Below, piece by piece: positions 1 through 12,365 of a stretch of 64,000 bases of DNA (position 1 is the first letter of the stretch; each line of letters begins with the position of its first letter). A program made the position numbers and the translations under genes. Location of the stretch: NCBI GenBank assembly GCA_964016885.1, contig OZ024760.1, forward strand, positions 27,156,001 to 27,220,000, given 5' to 3'. Source of the stretch: Eledone cirrhosa. Its lineage: Eukaryota. Below the pieces are notes generated by a model, which made no database searches, was not told the origin of the DNA, and saw nothing but the letters and a program-made list of their open reading frames with translations.

Positions 1-216
1 TATATATATATATATATATAATTATATATATATATAAATAATTATATATATATATATTATTATATATATATATATATATATAATTATATATATATATATT
101 ATTATATATATATATAAATAATTATATATATATATATTATTATATATATATATAATTATATATATATATATATATATATAAATAATTATATATATATATA
201 TTATTATATATATATA

Positions 217-275
<59 letters not shown>

Positions 276-296
276 TTATATATATATATATACATA
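1..296. repeat. (TA)n microsatellite with TAAT interruptions
   Basis: Read directly. Similar (TA)n/(TACA)n/(TGATA)n tracts lie at 655-1020, 2200-2410, 7210-7620, 37140-38780, 49530-49990, 57415-58455, 59403-60070, 60680-61420 and 61808-62930. Confidence 0.95.
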
Positions 297-650
297 GGGA
301 AAGTATATACTTTCGGACGTTCAACTCTCTGGCAGGAAGGTATACGTTGCTGACGATAGCTAACAGGCTTGAAACTAGTACAGCGTTCCTTTGTCAGTGT
401 TGAACAAGCGAACAACGGTGGTTGCTAGACACTACGGCTTAATTGAGGATGTTTGTTTACAAACACACCGAGCATTATAATAAATGCTTGGTGAATCCAT
501 ACGTACATATATATATGTGTGCATGTATGTATATATATATATACATACTACTGTACGTCTGTATACATATATGTATGTACGTGTACATACTTATATTTAA
601 GTAATAGCCGTACTAAGAGTGGGAAATGAAATTTCGTTTCATTTTTTCCG
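297..650 (+). mobile_element. Penelope-like pseudo-LTR copy (family 1) inserted in (TA)n
   Basis: Near-identical to 6830-7210, with further pieces at 6590-6740, 7620-7677 and 10106-10297. Contains a hammerhead motif and is flanked by (TA)n. Confidence 0.7.
344..386 (+). ncRNA. Type I hammerhead ribozyme motif
   Basis: ACGTTG-CTGACGA-tAGC taacag GCTt-GAAA-CTAG-TA-CAGCGT. Stem I is ACGTTG/CAGCGT, stem III is the palindrome ACTAGT, the cleavage triplet is GUA. Stem I extends via GTTCAAC/GTTGAAC and CTGGCAGGAAG/TTCCTTTGTCAG. Confidence 0.75.
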
Positions 651-1019
651 TATATAGATATAATTATATATATATATATATATAATTATATATATACATA
701 TATAATTATATATATATAATTATATATATATATATATAATTATATATATATATATAATTATATATATATATATAATTATATATATATATATAAATATCTA
801 TATATATATATAATTATATATATATATAATTATATATATATATATAATTATATATATATATATATAATTATATATATATATATAATTACATATATATATA
901 CATAATTATATAGATATATATAATTATATATATATATACATAATTATATAGATATATATATAATTATATATATATATATATAATTATATATATATATAAA
1001 TTATATATATATAATTATA

Positions 1020-1235
1020 TATTTCGTTTCTGAATTTGTTTAGCAAGATTCTTTATCTGAAAACGTGTGTTGAAACCGATATTGTTATACTTGGGGGGGG
1101 GGGGGGTCTAATTGCCAATAAGAAACACACGCACCAGTTGCTTTCACTTCAATTTATTATAATAAATTGAAGTGAATGCAACTGGTGCGTGTGTTTCTTA
1201 TTGGCAACATGACCCTCCCAAAGTATAACAATATA
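1020..1235. mobile_element. Fold-back (inverted) fragment of a dispersed repeat in (TA)n
   Basis: Arms 1080-1158 and 1159-1233 are reverse complements. Related sequence occurs at 41098-41232 and 49591-49680. Confidence 0.65.
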
Positions 1236-2211
1236 ATTATATATATATAATTATATAAGTTAAAACAATGAAATAAAAAATCAAGTCATTAGAGATATAC
1301 TTCACTGCTTTACGATCCTTTCTAGATGGTGATAATACATTGTATCTATACTCAGTTATTGATCTATGTAAGTTTACAAACTATCAGATAGAGAGAATAT
1401 TTACTTACATGCATATCACCAGTTGTTTTCAAAAGCAATAATAATTTTATTCAATAATAATTTTACTCAGAATTAGTATCATGTCCATATTTGGAGGTAG
1501 TTGAAGAACTAACGAATCAAATTGTTTTCTTTCATATGGTGTTAAGATGAAAAGTAATAGACTTTAGTTGAGGTCATGACCCTTTGAAAGGAATGGTTGA
1601 AAGGTGTTAGTAGAAATGGCATAAAAATCTATAAGGAAGGGGGTTGTCAAACTGATTGTTGAATGTATCTTGTATAGTGAATTTAAAAGGAATGTCAAAA
1701 TAAATGGTAATTAGTGTTGTATTGAGTTTCAAGGTGAATATAAATTAATGTTATGGCTAGGAAAGATAGTATATTAAAAGTGAAAATTAGAATAAGATAA
1801 TGAGATATAGTAATGTGATAATATACAACTTAACCAACACAATATAGTATGGTGTGGTAAATTGCACTCAGTATAATATAACTTATTATACACTCTAAAA
1901 TATTACTAAGTATGTTTATGCATAAACTATCAAACTCAAATAAGTACATGTTGGCATAGTTAAAACACATAAATTTCATAGTCTACAAAGTGCATATATT
2001 CACACCACATATAGAGAGGTACAGTTATATTGATATATAACCAAAATATACATACTTGCAAATAGATGCAAACCTAAATACACATCCACACGCATGCATA
2101 TAATCATATATATACATATCCATACTTGTGTAAGTATATGTACACTCCTCTTACATGTGCACATACTCATATATAAACATTCATACACCTATACTCACAT
2201 ATACACACACA

Positions 2212-2319
<108 letters not shown>

Positions 2320-2486
2320 CATATATATATATACATACATATACATACACACATACATACACAATCATATACATATATACACATATACATATACATAAAC
2401 ATATATACATACATCATCATCATCATTTCATTTTACGTCCGCTTTTTCCCTGCTTGCAAGGGTGGGACGGGAACTGATTCTGGCTT

Positions 2487-2525
<39 letters not shown>

Positions 2526-2751
2526 AATATATCCACACATAAATATATTTCCATATCATACATAGATGTTTATTTTTACTCATGCAATTACGGGAAGCTG
2601 TGTATCTTGTTGCCTTTAGTCATTAACGCATAAATCTAAGGAAGCTAAAACATTAAAAGGCAAAAATAAGCATGAAAGCACATAATTAGGGGAAAGAGGT
2701 ACTAATAAATGTTATTCTATACGGAATTTAATGAGTTGCTATTTAGAATAT

Positions 2752-4066
2752 TTAATTAGGTTTATAGTATTTAAATGTTTTTCGTATACGGTGATTACAG
2801 ACTATGATCAATTCCTGTCTTTTATTTAATAAATCGTCCTTAGATTTAGTAATTTCCAAGATCTCTCCTGAACATAATCTGCATTCCTTCCTGTTTCCAA
2901 GATATGGAGTTTTTTGCAGAATGGTGTTCCACGATAACTTAAAATCTATTTTTTTTCTTTTTATAATTATTTACCGCTTCAGCTAAAGATGTGGTGTTTG
3001 CTAGTTTAGTATTGTTGAAAATACTAGAGTGTGCGTACAAGCTTTTCTTAAATGTGTTTGATGTAGATCCTATATATGTTTTGTTGGAGTCTGTAGTAGA
3101 CACAGTGCATATATTACATTATTATTTATATATTACATTATTAATCAAACAGTTTCCATTTAAGGGGCAAATGCTTCTATTTCTGCAATTACAGCCATAC
3201 GTAAGATGGTTTTTGGGGGTGCCTATACTATTTTCATTTATCTTTGAGCTATTCCTATTGTAATTAATGATAGCAGGAGAATGAAGGGTGCTTTGCGGGT
3301 GGTTTGGTGCTAGAGTTGTATTGTAATTTTGTGTTCTGTTGTTTTCGTGTTGGTGATTTGGGTGGTTGTGCTTTCCAGGTTGAAGGATTGTATTATTTGT
3401 CTTTTTAAAAGGTGCAGTCCTATTTAAATTATGTTGCGGTGGTGTAGTCATATTATTTTTAAGTTTATAAATGTTGTAGTTGCTTATTTTTTGTTTGAGA
3501 TTGTTTGATGTAGAGTATGAGAATTTAACAGTATATTTGTTAAATATTTGGTGGTATCTGTGGATGGTGGAAAATGTTTATGTAGTATTTCAAAGAATTT
3601 TGGGGGGATTTGTCCAATAGTTTGCAGGTTGAAGGGTGCGTTGTACCATGTTATGTTTCTTTTGCGGTTTTTAGTTAAGTTTTTATTATCCCTTATATTA
3701 TTGTGTTGTGTTCTAGAAGAGTTCCTATGGTTAGTGTCTTTATTTGTGGAATTTGGTAAATCATCGTGGTTGTATTTGGTGTTATTTTTGGGTAGATTAT
3801 GAGATTTTGAGTGCTTGGTATTCATATGTGGGTTGTTAACATTGGTCATAGATCGTGTAGTAATAGTTGTTGTGGTTTTTCCGTTGTTTGGTGTAATAGG
3901 AATAACCACTTTAGGTATTTGTTTCAATGGTATTTTTTGGTGTTTGTAGTTTTTGTTAGGTTTTATGTTTTGGTCCATAGTAGTGTTGGGGATATATGAG
4001 ATTTTTCTTTATATTCACTTCTAGTTAAGGCCTCGTTGTAGAAGGGTGCATTATTATAAAATATAT
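2752..4066 (-). pseudogene. Penelope-like element ORF, 3' part: RT thumb, linker and C-terminal GIY-YIG endonuclease (frameshifted, with stops)
   Basis: Minus-strand peptides NAPFYNEALTRSEY, RKRNITWYNAPF..FFEILHKHFPP, IFNKYTVKFSYS, CNCRNRSICPLNGNCLINNVIYK..CTVSTTDSNKTYIGST, CRLC and LNKRQELIIVCNHR match the PLE RT-thumb/GIY-YIG layout. Confidence 0.85.
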
Positions 4067-4253
4067 AGGGCGGTGGATTGGCAGTATCGGTAGAGGGTCA
4101 GACACCATGCTTTCCAGCATAGTTACGTCCCTTTACGATCTGAGTTCAAATCCCGCCGAGGTTGACTTTGCCTTTCATCCTTACGAGGTCGATAAAATAA
4201 AGTACCAGTAATGCACTGGAATAATTGATGGCCTTGTGCCAAAAGTAGAAACA
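4067..4253 (+). mobile_element. tRNA-derived SINE with Meta-like central domain and 17-bp TSD
   Basis: A box TGGCAGTATCGG, B box GAGTTCAAATCC, central GCCTTTCATCCTTACGAGGTCGATAAAATAAAGTACCAG. TSD ATTATTATAAAATATAT at 4050-4066 and 4254-4270. Confidence 0.85.
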
Positions 4254-4273
4254 ATTATTATAAAATATATCTT

Positions 4274-6408
4274 TGTAGCGGTTGTCTCCCTTGTTTTGAT
4301 TAGGATCTAGACGGGAAGTGGAACCCTTTCTGCAACTTCCGGTCAGAGCCCTATAAAACTAACAACTTTAAGCTTCCTTTCTCTCTTTGCCTTTTCGGCA
4401 CCAGGTCAAGAGTCTTCTCATTTGGCTCTGCCATTAATTTGGCCAACAGGCGCCTGGCCTTAGCCAGGCGCCCTCTGCCAGCCGCGTTTGCCTGGCAATC
4501 AAAACGGTAACTACTAACTTTGTTTCATTCTAACATCTATCTTTGACATGTCAAGTATTCTATCTACCGTTAATTAAATATTATATACACAAACATTGTC
4601 TCGTTTTGTTACATTCATACAACCCAGTATCCTCGCTATATTGGTAACCCTGACGTGATACGAACACGCAGCCGTTCATCGCTATAAGTGGTCACCCCCA
4701 AAAAAAGAAAAAAATAGCACATCTGGTTTTGTGAGTAACATTACGAATACACAGCAAATTTAGCGACAAACTATGAAAATACTCAAGGACACGCACACAC
4801 GCACATGTGGAATTCGCACAGACATACTTTTTCTCTCACGCATCAATTAACTGTCGCATTTCACCAATATATATATATATGTTTCTCGTTTCTTACAACG
4901 AACACTTTCAAAACAAAAAAAACATTTCACGATATATATATATATATGTTTCTCGTTTCTTACAACGAACTCTTTCAAAACACAAAAAAAAAAAAAAAAA
5001 AAAAGAAATTTGATATTCTTTAAAAAACATTTCAACAGGAACATTTATTTTCGATGAACCATTGCCTTTTGTTCTTCGTTTTCTTCATCGTTCTAGTTTT
5101 TTGTTTTTTTCCAAAGTTCACACCTATAATTATGCTGATTGAAGCCTTTCTTTTTCATCATTGTCACTTTCAAAATTGCACTATCATTTTCTCGCGCGTT
5201 AGAAATATTTTTTTTCAACCTTGTATTGGCACGTGTAGGCAGCATAAATTCTCGATTCACTGAGATGTCTCTTACTCACAGACAGCCGCACGCCAGAGAT
5301 AGCATTTCTCCCCCAAGGATTCTTCAGCCTTAAGCTATATTCTTCTATTTGCCGGTTTATAAGTTTACAATGTAAATTTACCGTTGATAACCGCGCATTT
5401 ATTAAGAATGCTTATTTCTCTGGTCGCTGGCCTCTTGACCCTTCCAGGTCAACGCATTCTCAACATCGACCATCAACTTCGGCTGCTATTTCTAGCACTT
5501 TGCGCAACTCATTTTTTTCTAAAAAAAAATTTTTTTACTGTGAATTTAAACACCGAATACGCTCACTCAGCGAGACAACAGCAGCAGCAACAGCAATATA
5601 ACAGCAACAGCAATATAACAGCAACAGCAATACATCAATACAGCTTCACCAAAGCCAGAGAATTCATTTTTGCAGCACTCTTCCTGTGAGAAAATCCATT
5701 CGGAGGTTGGAAATTTCACGATATACCACAGAACAGAAACCACCTGCATTCATTCTCTGGAACACATTCTTTCCTGCTGTCATGTGATTGCACACCTGTG
5801 AACTATATTTTGAACTTTGAGCTCTTCTATTACTTTTACTTTATTACATTGTATCTTTGGGTGATGGATAGATGGATGTCCAGTCGTTCTCTGGCCAAGA
5901 GCGGTTGGCTACCTTGATATCTATCATTGATTTTTTCCAAACATTCTTTTGTCGTAATTTTCATGCCTGTTACAACATTCTCGCCAACTTGCTACATATA
6001 TTCATTTCGATTTTTATACACTAAAATTCTGGCGGGAGGTTATGTAGCGGTTGTCTCCCTTGTTTTGATTAGGATCTAGACGGGAAGTGGAACCCTTTCT
6101 GCAACTTCCGGTCAGAGCCCTATAAAACTAACAACTTTAAGCTTCCTTTCTCTCTTTGCCTTTTCGGCACCAGGTCAAGAGTCTTCTCATTTGGCTCTGC
6201 CATTAATTTGGCCAACAGGCGCCTGGCCTTAGCCAGGCGCCCTCTGCCAGCCGCGTTTGCCTGGCAATCAAAACAGTAACTACTAACTTTGTTTCATTCT
6301 AACATCTATCTTTGACATGTCAAGTATTCTATCTACCGTTAATTAAATATTATATACACAAACATTGTCTCGTTTTGTTACATTCATACAACCAGTAAGC
6401 TCGCTATA
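4274..6408 (+). mobile_element. Non-autonomous LTR retrotransposon (Ty3/Gypsy-derived), 2135 bp
   Basis: Near-identical ~367-bp LTRs at 4274-4640 and 6043-6408 (TGTAGCG...CGCTATA), 4-bp TSD TCTT, PBS right after the 5' LTR, purine tract GGCGGGAGG at 6031-6039, and no intact internal ORF. Confidence 0.9.
4642..4659 (+). promoter_or_regulatory. Primer-binding site complementary to the tRNA-Trp 3' end
   Basis: TGGTAACCCTGACGTGAT versus the expected TGGTGACCCCGACGTGAT (2 mismatches), starting 1 nt after the 5' LTR. Confidence 0.8.
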
Positions 6409-6412
6409 TCTT

Positions 6413-6590
6413 CATTGGAAGATAATTTAGAAAGTCTAAGAGAAATGTTATATACTAAGTTCTTGAGTATAGAGCCTGGGTGGTTAGATCGTGAATGTAC
6501 ATAATGTAGATTCTGGTTAGGTTTGTGGTATGGTTGATTAGTATTCGTAGAGAGATCTAAAGTAACATTAAGAAAATTAGCTACTTTTGA
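6413..6590 (-). pseudogene. Penelope-like reverse transcriptase fragment (end of palm/thumb), 5'-truncated
   Basis: NFLNVTLDLSTNTNQPYHKPNQNLHYVHSRSNHPGSILKNLVYNISLRLSKLSSNED joins in frame to IFYNNAPFYNEAL once the LTR element and SINE are removed. Confidence 0.85.
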
Positions 6591-7060
6591 AATTTCATTT
6601 CTCACTCTTAGTATGGCTGTTACTTAAATATAAGTATGTATACGTACATACATATACTGTACGTCTGTATACATATATGTATGTACGTATACATACTTAT
6701 ATTTAAGTAACAGCCGTACTAAGAGTGAGAAATGAAATTTCGTTTCATTTTTTCCGTTTATCGTTTTCGGTACCCCAGCCGATTAACTCACTCGATATGC
6801 AAATTAGGCTGCTCAGCCGTTAATATGCATAAGGAATGTATATACTTTCAGACGTTCAACCATCTGGCAGGAAGGTATACGTTGCTGACGATAGCTAATA
6901 AGCTTGAAACTAGTACAGCGTTCTTTTGTCAGTGTTGAACAAATGAGCAACGATGGTTGCTAGACACTGTACGGCTTAATTCGGGATGTTTGTTTACAAA
7001 CACACCGAGCATTATAATAAATGTTCGGTGAATCCATACGTACATATATATGTGTGAATG

Positions 7061-7112
<52 letters not shown>

Positions 7113-7209
7113 CGTCTGTATACATATATGCATGTACGTATACATACTTATATTTAAGTAACAGCCGTACTAAGAGTGAGAAATGAAATTTCGTTTCATT
7201 TTTTCCGTT

Positions 7210-7210
<1 letters not shown>
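6590..7210 (+). mobile_element. Penelope-like pseudo-LTR family 1 with fold-back (6590-6740) at the truncation point of the RT
   Basis: 6590-6655 is the reverse complement of 6675-6740. It is followed by a full copy homologous to 297-650. Confidence 0.7.
6879..6921 (+). ncRNA. Type I hammerhead ribozyme motif (family 1, second copy)
   Basis: ACGTTG-CTGACGA-tAGCT aata AGCTt-GAAA-CTAG-TA-CAGCGT. Stem II pairing is kept despite loop changes relative to the copy at 344-386. Confidence 0.75.
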
Positions 7211-7241
<31 letters not shown>

Positions 7242-7265
7242 AATATATATATATAAATATATATA

Positions 7266-7299
<34 letters not shown>

Positions 7300-7446
7300 T
7301 AAATATATATATTTATAAATATATATATATATTTATAAATATATATATATATATTTATATTTATATATATATATTTATATTTATATATATATATATATTT
7401 ATAAATATATATATATATATTTATATTTATATATATATATTTATAA

Positions 7447-7479
<33 letters not shown>

Positions 7480-7511
7480 TATAAATATATATATATATAT
7501 ATTTATATATT

Positions 7512-7565
<54 letters not shown>

Positions 7566-7619
7566 TATATATATATATTTATATATATATATTTATATAT
7601 ATATATTTATATATATATA

Positions 7620-8700
7620 AACGGAAAAAAGGAAACGAAATTTCATTTCTCACTCTTAGTACGGCTGTTACTTAAAAGTTAATGAGGTTTATGAATGGTG
7701 ATGTTTATGATTAAAGAAAAGAAATTAAGAATAGTATTTATTTAAGGTTTATATATTGAAAGGTTTAATAATATGTGCGAAAAGAAATTTATTAATACGT
7801 ATTATTAAAATAAAAAATATTAAGGAGATAAGGTGAATGAAGAAAAGGTTAAATGAATTATGAATTTAGAGGAATTAGTTAGGGTCCAAGTTTGTTTCTA
7901 TGTATTGTAATTGGAAAAAGTAAATAATAGGTTTAATACGAGCACGGAAGGAGAGAAGAAAGTAGAACATTTAAGGAAGAAAAAATATATAACGTCAAAA
8001 AAAATATATGTTTACAAAATTTACTAATGGTAATATTAGTATATATTAAAAATATAGTTTGTATGGCCAAGAATATAAGGAAAATGCTATAGTGAGTTAT
8101 AATATGAATTAAGAAGTAATTGAGAAGTAAAAGTTACAGATTAAAGATTAGAAATTAAAAAAGAAAAAAAGGATAAAAAAGAAGAAAAATAGGGGACTGC
8201 TAACGACATAGAATGAGTAAATTGTATATACTGAAATAAGGTAGAAAGATGGGATATTTGTAAAAGATATAAAAGCGTTTGAGAAAAGAAGATTTTAAAC
8301 TAATTGGGTAGTAAGATATTAGCTGTATACTTTATGGAAAGTTCTATGGGATTTATGCAAGCAGAGCGAAAATAAATCCGTACGTCTATTTATTATAGAA
8401 TTAAAATTAGAGATAATGGTAAATTTCTCGGTTAGGCAGAGATTACATGTTCTGGATAGGGAAGAATTTCGGTAAGGAGAGGCGTTGCAAACCTTCCTCC
8501 AAGAAATGTTGTAGTTAATATTTTTGTCTTTTAAGGACTATATGAGTTCTGAGAGTGCCGTGTTAGTTCTTTTAAGTTGGTATTTAAAGGACGAATTGTG
8601 ATTATAAACTTTTGCTTTAAAGGAAGTGGAAGTGGAACTAAAATAGTTGAACCAATCAGCATAATCAACCACACAAAAAAACAATTAAACCAGGCTATAA
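7620..8700 (-). mobile_element. Second Penelope-like fragment: degenerate GIY-YIG (about 8310-8700), 3' UTR and family 1 terminal sequence
   Basis: Minus-strand STSTSFKAKVYNHNSSFKY..TALSELI*SLKDKNINYNISWRKV..TCNLCLTEKFTII..INRRTDLFSLCLHK. 7620-7677 matches the family 1 end. Confidence 0.75.
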
Positions 8701-8934
8701 GATTAAAAGGCACCTATGAAGAAATAATAGATAAATAAACGACATCCATCTATTCGCGATCAACAGCTATAGAATATTTATCCAACATTTCAATAGCACG
8801 TGGAAATCGATTAAATATATCGTCAACCATACACAATTAGGTATAAAATTAAAGTTAGAAGAAAAAATGTATATAAACATACCAAGATTACATTTCTACC
8901 CCATGGGGTTTCATATATATATTAATATATATAT

Positions 8935-10040
8935 AAAAGTGCAGGGCGATCAAAATAGACGGTAGCCACGGAGTAGGCAGACCCAGAAAAACCTGGGACG
9001 ACTTGATAAATTCCGACCTCACACACTTACACCTCTCCAAGACAATATCAATGGACCGAGATCTTTGGCGCTATGCTGTAATACAGAAGACCCGCCTTGC
9101 CTAAGTACAAAGCGATACCTACAGTCAGTAGGCACGTCTTAACCAAAATACACCCCCGTCCCACTACCCACACCCCATCCACACCACCCCTTTCGATGTA
9201 AAGTTATGTTGGTACCACAACATCCAGTCCTAAATAAATGAGGTCGTGTAGGTGTCTCGACAAAAAAAAAACACAGTCCACGCTGTAATATGGCCGTGTA
9301 GGTAACACGGTAAAAACCTCCCAGCCCTCACTGTAAAGTGGTCATGTAGGAGACATGGTAAAAAGCACCCAGTCCACGCTGTAAAGTGGACGTGTAGGAG
9401 ACATGGTAAAAAGCACCCAGCACACACTGTAAAGTGGTCATGTAGGTGTCATGACAAAAACACCCAGTCCTCACTGTAAAGTGGTCCTGTAGGTGACATG
9501 ACAAAAAACACCCAGTCCACACTGTAAAGTGTAAATGACAAAAAAACACCCAGTCCACACTGTAAAGTGTCATGACAAAAAATACCCAGTCCACACTGTA
9601 AAGTGGTCATGTAGGACACATGGTAAAAAGCACCCAGCGCATACTGTAAAGTGGTCATGTAGGAGACATGGTAAAAAGCACCCAGCACACATTGTAAAGT
9701 GGTCATGTAGGTGTCACAACAAAAATACCCAGTCCACACTGTAAAGTGGACGTGCAGGAGACACGGTAAAAAGCACCCAGTCCACACTGTGAAGTGGTCA
9801 ATTTAGGTGACATGGTAAAAAGTACCCAGTCCACACTGTAAAGTGGTCATGTAGGTGTCACAACAAAAAGTACCTAGTCCACACTGTCAAGGTAAAAAGC
9901 ACCCAGCACACACTGTCAATGTGGTTTGCGTTAGGAAGGTCATTCAGCCGTAGAAAACCAGCCAGAAACTCTCCTATATGAGCAAGACACGGTCACCTGA
10001 CCCAAATTGCCTCTAAATGGAACCCGTCTAACCCATGCTA
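8935..10040 (+). mobile_element. RTE-clade LINE 3' fragment with expanded 48-bp VNTR in its 3' UTR
   Basis: [55 protein letters not shown], the same family as 56401-57412. Confidence 0.85.
9265..9920 (+). repeat. 48-bp minisatellite (about 13 units)
   Basis: Unit CACCCAGTCCACACTGTAAAGTGGTCATGTAGG..., the reverse complement of the array at 42715-44085. Confidence 0.9.
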
Positions 10041-10590
10041 GAGTGGAAGATAAACGTTTATATATGAAAATTTGAATCCTTTAAGGGAGATAACTTTAAA
10101 ACTGGAAAAAATGAAATTTCATTTCTCACTCTTAGTACGGCTTGATTCGGGCTGTTTGTTTACAAACAAACCAAGCATTATAATAAATGTTCGGTAAACC
10201 CATACGTACATATATATATATATGTGAGCATGTATGTATATATATACATACTACTGTACGTCTGTATACATATATGTATGTACGTATACATTCTTATAAC
10301 TTTAAAACTATTTTAAGGGGTTCTCTCCCTTCCATTTTTGGTCCAATTAAATGAGTTACGTTTCCCGACGTCGAAGACGCTACTTTTTTCCTAAAATAAG
10401 TCTCAAAAATCTACCGTGCGTCCTGGAGGCCGAAGGTTGTTAGTTATTTTTTTTCAAATTTTGGGATGTAAAAGTTTGAGTGCGTTCTCGAGGTCGAAGC
10501 GACTTCGGCGCCGGAAAATACGGTAGCTATTATTTTCGAATTCTGAAGTGATTTCGACAAACAACGAAGATTTTGGAATATAAGAGAAAT

Positions 10591-10621
<31 letters not shown>

Positions 10622-10790
10622 CACACACACAATACACATAAATAATTATTTTACTAAATATCTGTTGTCAGAGAGAACTTTAACTAAATGAATCTGAAAA
10701 AAAAACTGAACTAAGAGATGTTGTGCAGTAAATAAATATGCAGGGTAGTCCGAAAGTCTTGTCACCCCCTACATATTGTTTTAACTTTCA

Positions 10791-10910
10791 TTCTGAGTTC
10801 AAATCCCGCCGAGGTTGACTTTGCCTTTCATCCTTACGGGGTCGATAAAATAAAGTACCAGTAATGCACTGGGCAATTGCTGGCCTTGTGCCTAAAGTAG
10901 AAACAATTAT
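10791..10910 (+). mobile_element. 5'-truncated Meta-like SINE
   Basis: B box through the 3' end matches 4067-4253. Confidence 0.8.
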
Positions 10911-10984
10911 TTTTTGTTTTAATAATATAATATATAATATCATTAATTATAATATATGATAATTTTAATCGTTTAAAACAACAA

Positions 10985-12355
10985 CAACCCTGAGCACCTT
11001 TTTGAATTCCATATGTCTAACACCTATGGACATGCCTACAAAGTTAGAAAACATAGCAGCTCCCATGACTTTCTGAAACATTTTTTCATGCTCAGAGTTG
11101 CTGAAGCATGGAACAAACTACCTGCATCAGTATTTAGCTGCCGAGACACTGCATCCTTTAAAACCTCCATGGAACAAACTACCTGCATCAGTTGTTAGCT
11201 GTCGAGACACTGCATCCTTTAAAACCTCCATGGAACAAACTACCTGCATCAGTTGTTAGCTGTCGAAACACTGCATCCTTTAAAACCTCCATGGAACAAA
11301 CTACCTGCATCAGTTGTTAGCTGTTGAGACACTGCATCCTTTAAAACCTCCATGGAACAAACTCCCTGCATCAGTTGTTAGCTGTCGAGACACTGCATCC
11401 TTTAAAACCTCCATGGAACAAACTACCTGCATCAGTTGTTAGCTGTCGAGACACTGCATCCTTTAAAACCTTCATGGAACAAACTACCTGCATCAGTTGT
11501 TAGCTGTCGAGACACTGCATCCTTTAAAACCTCCATGGAACAAACTACCTGCATCAGTTGTTAGCTGTCGAGACACTGCATCCTTTAAAACCTCCATGGA
11601 ACAACCTACCTGCATCAGTTGTTAGCTGTCGAGACACTGCATCCTTTAAAACCTCCATGGAACAAACTACCTGCATCAGTTGTTAGCTGTCGAGACACTG
11701 CATCCTTTAAAACCTCCATGGAACAACCTACCTGCATCAGTTGTTAGCTGTCGAGACACTGCATCCTTTAAAACCTCCATGGAACAAACTACCTGCATCA
11801 GTTGTTAGCTGTCGAAACACTGCATCCTTTAAAACCTCCATGGAACAAACTACCTGGATCAGTTGTTAGCTGTCGAGACACTGCATCCTTTAAAACCTCC
11901 ATGGAACAAACTACCTGCATCAGTTGTTAGTTGTCGAGACACTGCATCCTTTAAAACCTCCATGGAACAAACTACCTGCATCAGTTGTTTGCTGTCGAGA
12001 CACTGCATCCTTTAAAACCTCCATGGAACAAACTACCTGCATCAGTTGTTTGCTGTCGAGATACTGCATCCTTTAAAATCTCCATGGAACAAACTCCTTG
12101 CATCAGTTGTTAGCTGTCGAGACACTGCATCCTTTAAAACCTCCATGGAACAAACTACCTGCATCAGTTGTTAGCTGTCGAGACACTGCATCCTTTAAAA
12201 CTTCCATGCCTCCTGAGATTTGCCAACACTACACCTGATGTCCCCCCTCCATACACACGCACAGATGTATTTCATGACTCGTACACTGTTCATTTTCCTG
12301 ACATTTGTACATTATTCTATGTAATATACATGCACAAATGTTGGCTTAAATGAAT
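10985..12355 (+). mobile_element. CR1/L2-like LINE 3' fragment
   Basis: TYGHAYKV..FLKHFFMLRVAEAWNKLPASV.SCRDTASFK resembles the CR1-clade ORF2 C-terminus (GH..K..FF..RV...WN.LP..VV.....FK). Confidence 0.7.
11108..12208 (+). repeat. 61-bp tandem repeat, 18 copies
   Basis: ATGGAACAAACTACCTGCATCAGTTGTTAGCTGTCGAGACACTGCATCCTTTAAAACCTCC with starts at 11108, 11169 and so on to 12145. Confidence 0.95.
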
Positions 12356-12365
12356 AACATTATTA

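Noticed and set aside
2752-6590. Naiad-type selenoprotein PLE
   Set aside because: The endonuclease is C-terminal, and the interruptions seen are TAA stops and frameshifts rather than in-frame TGA with a SECIS.
11108-12208. CRISPR-like 61-bp periodicity
   Set aside because: The whole 61 bp is repeated with no variable spacer, and it derives from LINE coding sequence.
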